A DNA stretch of 64,000 nt from Octopus vulgaris (taxonomy: Eukaryota): the NCBI GenBank assembly GCA_951406725.2, contig OX597829.1, positions 50,778,001 through 50,842,000 of the forward strand, given 5' to 3'. Under the pieces are notes generated by a model that was not told where the DNA came from, ran no database searches, and saw only the letters and a program-made list of their open reading frames with translations. Position numbers and translations under genes: made by a program. Positions 55,044 through 64,000 of the stretch are shown one piece after another. The stretch's first letter is position 1. The number at the start of each line of letters is the position of its first letter.

Positions 55044-55245
55044 ATGTGCTGAAAAGTTCTTGGCTTTCGGTTAAAAAATCAAAAGGATCAGTCAATTCTG
55101 ATTTTATGCAACATATTCTCCTCACAGATTCACACACTTATTGTAGTGGTCCTTCAGTTTTTCTAAGCTCAGTAAAAGAACTCAGAAGGTTGGGCCACCA
55201 ACCAAGTATTTTGCTATACCCTTAACGCCAGGAACTTTTCAGTGG
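54800..55245. mobile_element. Two mariner-type MITEs in tandem
   Basis: Ends gctgaaaagttc.tggc / gccaggaacttttcag and shared internal ctc.cagattcacacacttattg. Confidence 0.6.
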
Positions 55246-55622
55246 TATTGAATAAATCCACTTTCATGCAAGTTGAAAATGAAAGCAAAAGCAAAGTCAA
55301 ACTTATATTTCGATATTTCAAGCATAAAAACTCTTTATCAAACTTATCAAAAAAAAAAAAAAAAATGCACAGATCGGAAATTACGAAGTGGTTATTTTAT
55401 GAATGCCAATATTGAAGGACACTAGTGGCATGAAGAGACCAATAATGTTAAATCAGCTAATCAGTGTCGTTTAGGCCATATCTGGTATTGTTAATGAGTA
55501 AATATTGTTTCCTTAATAAAAATGACTGTAAAAAGCCTTGGGCTTTCCTCTCTTCCACTGTCACTCTTTCCACCTGTATTTGCTTGCATGTCTGTGTGTG
55601 ATCTGGTGCTGGTGGTGGTGAT

Positions 55623-55661
<39 letters not shown>

Positions 55662-57346
55662 ATGCATTTGCCTCCCGCACCGGAAAGCAGTCTCCAAAAT
55701 AGTTCGACAGTTCAGTCAGTTGTGTCAAATCAGCAGCATCCAAACATCTGCCCCCCCCCCCAAAAAAAAAATCTCCTTCTGTTAGTATGCATACATTGCT
55801 ATTCCAAGACATACATTTTCTCAAGGAAGACCTAAATTGTGCAAGCTCTGCATTCAAATCTTCACTGCAGATTACCTCATGGCCTGCTCAATCATTTTAA
55901 TTGTTACTGTTTGAAAAAGCAAGTGTTGTTGATGGAGGTGTGAGCCTCGTTGAGGTTTATATTATCCAGTAAGTCTCTAATAAAATATGTTGAGTAGCCA
56001 TTATCAATTAACAGCACCTTTTGGAACTTCTTGATGTTGAAAGATCCCTTCCCCGACTTTCCTGCATCTGTTGTGCATGCAGGAGAGATTTCATTTCATG
56101 TATAAGCAGTTTTGGCTTTGTTAAGTAGAGTTTTTGCTCCCTTAAAATAACATCTGCTGCAAAGTAGTAAGTGTCAAACAAACAAAAAAGAATATTGGAA
56201 ATTTCAGGATTAAAGAGGCTATTCTTATTAAAACAGACTGGCTGATTTAACACTGCCAGTTTGAACATGTTGCAGCCACACTCCCCATTCCCATCCACCG
56301 AATAGTATTTAAAAAGTAATTTACTGTTTTGGTACTTATGAACTGTGGAGAATAGAAAACAGAGCTAGCTACATTTCCATTTTCTTTTAATAAGATTTCA
56401 TATATAAAATATTGAAAGATAAATAAAACTATAAACACCTTGCTACTACTTTGCTTGTTTTTTTTCACTCCATTTTAAATTTGCATCAGTGATTTTCTTA
56501 AAAAACTAAATGTAAGTGTGTGTGTGCGGGTGTGTATATATATATATATCATCATCATCGTTTAATGCATGCTTTCCAGGCTTGCATAGGTTAAGGTGCA
56601 TTACAGCTGTTGCCAACTCCATCTTGGTTCTTTTACAATTTAAATAGTTTATTCTATCAGATCCTATATATATACTTAATCATATCGAAGTGAAATTAAT
56701 AGAAATTTTCACTTCCGGTGGCCTAGCATGTAAAAATTTAGTCCAAAGGCTATGTAGCAGTCATAATATATAGTGTACATTTAAACACATAAGGAATCCT
56801 CTCGTGGGATTCATCACACTAGAAAGAACAGCTAGGTTCTATAACCACAAAATTAGGGATAAAATCCCACAGGAATGAAATGAAAAATAAAAACTAGATG
56901 GTAAAAGTTTATGTTTTTTCATTTTGTTCCTGTCGGATTTTACCCCTCATTTTGTGGTTATAGAACCTAGCTGTTCTTTCTAGCGTGTTGAATCCCATGA
57001 GTGGATTCCTTATTTGTTTAAATGTACACTGTATTTTATATATATATATACACATGTGGGAAGAAAGTTAGCTTCAAGCAATCTGTAGTGATTCTGACTG
57101 AATCTTCCATGCGTTAACATGTACTTCCATGCAGCAATGTGAACTTTCATTTAATCAAAATATTTTTCACATGAAGTGAAACCTGCACTATACACCTCGC
57201 CCAGATATTTACCACTTCTGAGGTTCTGCTCACTATGAAACATATGTAGCCCAGATCTTATTCATTCCATTCCATAACTCCTCTATTCTGTGTGTGTGTG
57301 TGTGTGTGTATGTACATTCATATATATATATATATATATATGTATG

Positions 57347-57389
<43 letters not shown>

Positions 57390-57618
57390 CACACACAATT
57401 ATAATTTAGGTATCTAAGAGATACCACCATGCTGGAAGTAGCAGTCAAAACTTGACTCTAAAACCACATTAAATGTTTCCAGCATGGGGGTATCTCTTAG
57501 ATACCCTAAATTATAATTTTAAATAATTATTACCTTTGAAAGGTTGTTATTCCCCATGCTGGCCACCTGATAAGGTTAGTATTTAAATATTGATCTTATC
57601 CTTATTTATACACACACA

Positions 57619-58140
57619 CATATAAAACTGAGAATGTGTGTGTGTCTGTCTGTGTATTTCCCTAAAACTTGAGAACTACACAACCAGTTTCATTCAAATT
57701 TTACACATGCCTTACTTAGGGTCCATGTAGTTTCATGGTAAAAAAAAAGGTTTAACTTCTTGCCTAGGGCGAGCCCATAGCAATATCATCTTCTCCACTA
57801 TTTCAGTAATATGTGTTAAAAGTGAAACAAAACATTTCTCTATTTTATGTCAGATACTTTCACTTTAACAATAAAAATTAGTGATAATAATAATTGAATT
57901 ATATGCAGTAAGTAATAATTAAAATTAAACTAAAGTATAATATAATCGTAACATAATAAAAGTAAAAATAGCAATTGGTATAAAATTGCATCAATGACTT
58001 GAACTTGAATAAGTGGTTTCACATGAATGGGAATAAATTAAAAATAAAATTAGCATGCAGAAATGGAATAGTCCAGATGGAGGTGTGCACATACCGTTTA
58101 CCACGGCTATTACATTAGATTATCTGCTAATTAGCTAGCA
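57619..58140 (+). mobile_element. Possible second Helitron family (5' part)
   Basis: tataaaactgagaatgtgtg..tctgtctg..aaaacttgagaactacacaaccagtttcattcaaatttt resembles Helitron-N 5' ends. The 3' end is not clearly seen. Confidence 0.35.
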
Positions 58141-58639
58141 TTAAGTATCTATATGAAGTTTGGCTGTATGTAATGTCAGTTTTCTCGAACAGCCGCTTCT
58201 ACTGAGTACTTCTGTTGGTTTATTTCTTATACATAAAGGACTATAGCTTCAACTGCGTACTGCTTTTTGATTCACCTTAAAGTTTGTTGTTATTATTATT
58301 ACTGTTTAACTATTGTTATCACATTTGTTGGTTCCTTGTAAGGGAATCATTGTTGTGTTGCATTTGTTAAATAATTGTAAACTGTAACTCTCCCCCTTTG
58401 GGAGAAGGAGCTTTGGTTATTGTTTAAAAATTTAATTGTGTCCCTGTTTGGGGAAATTGACAATATTTTCACCGTTTACACAGAAACATTTTTGTTAGAA
58501 TGCCTTCGATAGAAGAAAGTCCAAAAATGAATTTTGCTGCAGCCATTGGCGGGCGCGAACTCATTAAAATTAAAATGGAAGAAATACAAACCTATTTCGG
58601 ATTGATCACCAACAAAGATGGTGAATCTAGGATAACACC

Positions 58640-59035
58640 ACCAAACGAAATAAAAAATTAAATTAAAGAAAAGATTACTGTCTATAAAGTATACAATGTA
58701 GAGAAAAAAAAAGATTTGAACACCTGGAGGAATGCACCATCGAAAAGTGTCTTGGTGCAACTATGAAAGATATCTAACCAGAGGCAGTAATTCCGTCACA
58801 ATAGAAGCAAGGTTCAAGTCAACGGAGCGTGCAAGGGAGTACTCAACTCGAACCTTGCAAAGTGGAAATATTTAATTTTTACCTTTATATCTGGGACATA
58901 GGACTTCCAGATAAAAATGAAAAATATCCCCCCAGAAGTAGAGGTAGGCTGGATTGTAGCCACACTTCTATACAAGAGGGAGGACAAGATACAATTGATC
59001 AAAATTGCAAGAGAAGGGGCTAACAATTCCAGTCT
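58640..59035 (+). pseudogene. Decayed LINE ORF1-like fragment (L1/Tx1-type)
   Basis: Across frameshifts: KEKITVYKVYNVEKK/RFEHLEECTIEKCLG/YLTRGSNSVTIEARFKS..LPLYLGHRTSR/IKMKNIPPEVEVGWIVATL. Resembles the ORF1 RRM pattern V-x-N-I-P-P-E-V. Confidence 0.45.
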
Positions 59036-59478
59036 GTTATATATTTTGAGTATTGTTATCACTAGCGATATCAAGATATAACTTTCTATTTTGTATTTTA
59101 TGTGTAGATGTATTATATATAAAGAGAGAAAGAGAGGGGAAGTGGGAAAGAGTGCGAGAGAATACTAATTTTGAAAGAAGTTTACCTATGAACCTTTTGT
59201 CAAAGAAAATATATATGTACATATATGTGTATGAGTGCATGCATATGTATTCTTTTGTTCTTTTTACTCTTTTATGTTTCAGTCATTTGACTGTGGCCAT
59301 GCTGGAGCACCACCTTTAGTCAAGCAAATCGCCCCCAGGACTTATTCTTTGTAAGCCTAGTACTGGTTCTATTGGTCTCTTTTGCCAAACTGCTATGTTA
59401 CAGGAACGTAAATACACCCGCATCGGTTGTCAATCAATGGGGTGGGGCAAACACAGACACAAACATATGCATATATAT

Positions 59479-59509
<31 letters not shown>

Positions 59510-60992
59510 AAACGGGCTTCTTTCAGTTTCCGTCTACCAAATCCACTCACAAGGCTTTGGTCAGCCCAAGGCTATAGTAGAAAACACTTGCCCAATGTGC
59601 CATGCAGTAGGATTGAACCCAGGACCATGTGGTTGGTAAGCATGCTTATGCATGTATGTGTGTGAATATATATACACACATACAGATGTGTGTGTATATA
59701 CATATATACACACACACACACACACACATATTATTGTATTTCTTTTACCTTGTACAATGTATACATCACTTTCATTTATAGTTTGATACCAAAGAAATAA
59801 ATTTCACTTCTGAATACTTTAAAGCATGTCTTTCTTCTTTATTACCATTCCACACCATTACTATGCATAAGATGCACCAGTCCATCACTGGATGGTTCCA
59901 ACACACCAAGGAGTTCTGGTGGCTGAAAAACACTCACTACAATTTGCCCACTGTCTCTTGCCTGTGTCTCTTTTTCATTATCCTCTTTCCTCACCCTCTC
60001 ACCATGTTTGTTCTTTGTTCCCTCCTACTTCTGTTTCACTCTCCTCACCCAGTAGGTCTTTGCTACTTCCTCCCTCTTGTTCTCACTCCACTTCTAAGGT
60101 ACCTGCCTCTTTCCATCCTCTGTGTGTGTATACATATATGAATATGGTGAGCTGGCAGAAACGTTAGCCCACTGGGCGAAATGCGTGGCCGTATTTCGTC
60201 TGTCGTTACGTTCCGAGTTCAAATTCCGCCGAGGTTGACTTTGCCTTTCATCCTTTTGGGGGTCGATAAATTAAGTACCAGTTACGCACTGGGGTCAATA
60301 TAATCGACTTAATCTGTTTGTCTGTCCTTGTTTGTCCCCTTCTGTGTTTAGCCCCTTGTGGGTAGTAAAGAAATATATTTGAATACATACACATATAAGT
60401 ACATATAATGTTTGCATATAAATGTAAAAACTTCTAAGGACTACCCTCTTAATGGAAACTGCTTTACAGGTTTCTTGGTACACTGCTTTCATTGTATTCT
60501 CTTTTTATTTCCCTTCTACCTCTATGGTATCCTCCAGTCTTTCATTCCTTTCCTGCTTCCTCACTCACCAATGCCTTTCATACTCACCCTTATAATGTGA
60601 AGTTAGCTCTGAAATACCTTACACAACCCACCTTATCAACCTTAGCATTCTGGCTCTCCCTTTCTCTCAAACCCCTGACACTAACCCTTTCTCTATCCCT
60701 TATTCTATTCAAATTCCCTCCCACTATTTTGGTACTCTCCTCACAATCCACTTCTTCAAACTGTAAATCACACTCTTCATACTTTAACCCAGCGTTTCTC
60801 AACCAAGGTGCCCCGGAGCGCTAGGGTTCCTCAAAAGGTTCCTAGGGATTCTACGAGAAAGAATGAAATAAGCTAATATTAATTTCATGATCATAATATT
60901 ACAGGCACAACATATTATTGGTTATTGTAATATTGTAATATAGACATCATCCTATCTAACCTATTATTTTATCAAAAATATATAACTAAATA

Positions 60993-61021
<29 letters not shown>

Positions 61022-61023
<2 letters not shown>

Positions 61024-61900
61024 CATCATCATCATCATCATCATCATTTAACGTCCGCTTTCCATGCTAGCATGGGTTGGACGGTTCAACTGGGGTCTGG
61101 GGAGCCCGAAAGCTGCACCAGTCCAGTCAGATCTGGCAGTGTTTCTACAGCTGGATGCCCTTCCTAACGCCAACCACTCCGAGAGTGTAGTGGGTGATTT
61201 TATGTGCCACCGACACAGGTGCCAGACGAGGCTGGCAAACGGCCACGCTCGGATGGTGTTTTTTATGTGCCACCGACACAGGTGCCAGACGAGGCTGGCA
61301 GACGGCCACGCTCGGATGGTGTTTTTATGTGCCACCGACACAGGTGCCAGATGAGGCTGGCAAACGGCCACGATCGGATGGTGTTTGTTACGTGCCCACA
61401 GCACGGAGGCCAGTCGATGCGGTACTGGCTACGGCCACATTCGGATGGTTTTCTTGTGTGCCACGTGCCACCGGCATTGGTACCACAAAGATACAAATTC
61501 CATTGATGTTCATCTATTTTGATTTGTTTTGATTTTCACTTGCCTCAACAGGTCTTCACAAGTGTCACAAGAAGGAAGGTATGCACAGGTGGACTGACTA
61601 AATCCCAGGTAGGGGCCACAGGTTATGGCCTGACTAGTCTTGCCGGGTCTTCGGATGGTGTTTTTATGTGCCACCGACACAGGTGCCAGATGAGGCTGGC
61701 GAACGGCCACGATCGGATGGTGTTTGTTACGTGCCCACAGCACGGAGGCCAGTCGGTGCGGTACTGGCTACGGCCACGTTCGGATGGTTTTCTTGTGTGC
61801 CACCGGCACTGGTACCACAAAGATACCACAAAGTGTGTGCCACCGGCACTGGTACCACAAAGATACAGATTCCATTGATGTTCATCTATTTTGATTTGTT
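61022..61900 (-). mobile_element. Young RTE 3' UTR with internal ~63-bp tandem units
   Basis: (CAT)n tail then ttaacgtccgctttccatgctagcatggg. The unit ttttatgtgccaccgacacaggtgccaga..ggctggc..acggccacg.tcggatggtg occurs 4 times. CpGs are retained. Confidence 0.75.
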
Positions 61901-61912
61901 TATATATATATA

Positions 61913-62700
61913 TATATATACCAATTAAGGACTGCACACGAAAAGTGGACAGTCAACATGCTAGATATAGACGTCAAATCGCCATTCTCCACAAAAAGTT
62001 TATGTTCTCAGATCAAACTCAACAAAACCAAAGCAATAAACAAGTGAAAAATATACGAAATAAATATTTACCCATGTACTAAATTTAGTTTCAGCCGTTA
62101 TTTTCCGCAAGGAAAAGTGCAGCATCATCAGCATGGTCCCATATATAATGTAATTTGCTGGACTAAATGCCAACACGACACCAAAAATATCGCGTGCATG
62201 GAGTCCGGCCTATTACATTTGAAATATATATTTCAAATGCCTTTACTTTTGGCGCGATGAGACCCGAGAAAACTAGCCTGCAGCTAATAGTTAGCAGCAG
62301 TTAATTTATCGGTTAGAGAACAAATATTTATAAAATTAAATTTAGGGTAAAAATTGATATTTATCAATTTTTAGTGTGCAGTCCTTAATTGGTATATATA
62401 AATATTTTAATCTTCGGATTCTTTCTTTAATATGCTAGACCACTGGTTCTAATTGATAAATATCAATTTTTACCCTAAATTTAATTTTATAAATATTTGT
62501 TCTCTAACCGATAAATTAACTGCTGCTAACTATTAGCTGCAGGCTAGTTTTCTCGGGTCTCATTGCGCCAAAAGTAAAGGCATTTGAAATATATATTTCA
62601 AATGTAATAGGCCGGACCCCATGCACGCGATATTTTTGGTGTCGTGTTGGCATTTAGTCCAGCAAATTACATTTTATATGGGACCATGCTGATGATGCTG
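61913..62700. mobile_element. PLE/retrozyme-like HHR element with ~250-bp inverted arms
   Basis: 62120-62369 is the reverse complement of 62451-62700. 61913-61938 is the reverse complement of 62374-62399. Contains the intact HHR at 62072-62136. Confidence 0.8.
62072..62136 (-). ncRNA. Intact type I hammerhead ribozyme
   Basis: Minus strand: ccatg CTGATGA tgctgcacttttcc ttgc ggaaaataacggct GAAAC taaattta GT A catgg. Perfect stem I ccatg/catgg, 12-nt palindromic stem III actaaatttagt, GUA site. Confidence 0.85.
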
Positions 62701-62797
62701 TTCCAGCATGGCTACAGTCAAATGACTGAAACAAATAAAAGAGTAAAAGAGAGAGTAAAGAGTATTTAAAAATCACTCTTTCAAAAACATAACCATA

Positions 62798-63216
62798 GGC
62801 GCAGGAGTGGCTGTGTGGTAAGTAGCTTGCTTACCAACCACATGGTTCCGGGTTCAGTCCCACTGCGTGGCATCTTGGGCAAGTGTCTTCTGCTATAGCC
62901 TCGGGCCGACCAATGCCTTATGAATGGATTTGGTAGAAGGAAACTGAAAGAAGCCTGTCGGATATATGTATATATATATGTATGTGTGTGTATATTTGTG
63001 TGTCTGTGTTTGTCCCCCTAGCATTGCTTGACAACCGATGCTGGTGTGTTTATGTCCCCGTCACTTAGCGGCTCGGCAAAAGAGACCGATAGAATAACTA
63101 CTGGGCTTACAAAGAATAAGTCCTGGAGTGATTTGCTCTACTAAAGGCGGTGCTCCAGCATGGCAGCAGTCAAATGACTGAAACAAGTAAAAGAGTAAAA
63201 GAGAGAGTAAAGAGTA
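62798..63216 (+). mobile_element. Full-length tRNA-derived SINE, family A (CORE-like, central microsatellite, aagagta tail)
   Basis: A box tggctgtgtgg, B box ggttcagtccc, CORE-like cttgggcaagtgtctt. Other copies at 8008-8378(-), 11478-11880(-), 11908-12286(-), 14765-15166(-), 15574-16173(+), 34260-34863(+), 35368-35786(+), 35805-36200(+), 47713-48117(-), 49821-50225(-) and 59250-59645(-). Confidence 0.9.
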
Positions 63217-64000
63217 TTTAAAAATCACTCTTTCAAAAACAGAACCATAAGCTGCTAAATCAAAAGTGACATCTGGAATTTTTATCAAAAATGTTGACCA
63301 CATCCATAGAACCATTCTCTCCCCCTTACATTAATGAATACAAAAAACAATTTTAAATAAGACCTTGAAATATAATTATAATTCTTACTGGAGAAAATAA
63401 AAAACAACATCTGGTTTTCCAATTAAAAACTCTGATCACACAAAAATTCCTTTTCAACCCCACCCAAAAGGCCACTAAATGGGAAAAAAAAAACTAACAT
63501 ACCAGCTCCTAATCAAACAAGTCTGACCACACTGATACAAAAGCAAAGATTCCTTTACATTCCCTCCTTCTCAAACTATTTTCTTCTTTCTTTTCCCTTC
63601 CTTCCATCAAACCCTTCAAAAAATACAAGAATACAATCCCAAGATACACTCCTACTTTCTTTTCTCTATCTTCATTATCTCCCACTCTCTCTCACACCTA
63701 CATCTTCCTTTCTAATTTGTTCTTCTATTCCCCTACCCCTCCTCCTCTCTCTTTCTAAAACATCATCAGTTTCAATTTTATGTAAAAAAGTTGAAGAAAA
63801 CTTACTATTAACCACTTTTTTGATAGATCCAATAATGGAAGTAAGTGCTAAAAATGTGAATAAAAAATATACATAATCATGTCTTTGTTATTTTCAGTAT
63901 ACAGTATGTTTAGTTTGGCTCAGATCTTTTATTTTTTTTTTAACTAAACAGTTTGAAACTTTGTATACTGGTGTAAGTTTTCATGTAGAACACTGTTTAC

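Noticed and set aside
56008-56298. Possible minus-strand terminal exon after ttactactttgcag
   Set aside because: No recognisable protein similarity and no partner exon. It cannot be supported without RNA-seq.
61048-61937. Overlapping repetitive ORFs (MCHRHRCQ.., VPPTQVPDEAG..)
   Set aside because: They arise from tandem units in an RTE 3' UTR and are open in many frames on both strands.

Overview
This is AT-rich, microsatellite-saturated eukaryotic DNA, very probably from an Octopus genome (inferred from the SINE, RTE, MITE and Helitron repertoire). Almost all ORFs in the supplied track are artefacts of simple repeats. The only host-gene sequence I can support is two phase-compatible + strand exons (32465-32590 and 51086-51218). 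They encode the C-terminus of an SDR16C-type short-chain dehydrogenase (retinol dehydrogenase/17beta-HSD11-like) and are separated by an 18.5 kb intron. I found no upstream exons, so they probably lie left of the window. The rest is nested mobile DNA: tRNA-derived SINEs, RTE and R4/Dong LINE fragments, a decayed Penelope RT/GIY-YIG, mariner, DD41D, Tigger and piggyBac-type relics, Helitrons, foldback MITEs and a near-identical 2.1 kb tandem duplication. The most striking signal is about 15 minimal type I hammerhead ribozyme (HHR) motifs (CUGANGA...GAAAC-short palindrome-GUH) from several unrelated short families, mostly in Penelope-style inverted arrangements. One family has a tRNA/Pol III head plus an HHR and was inserted twice as a head-to-head dimer flanked by 14-bp direct repeats. 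Coordinates were counted by eye and repeat boundaries are approximate.
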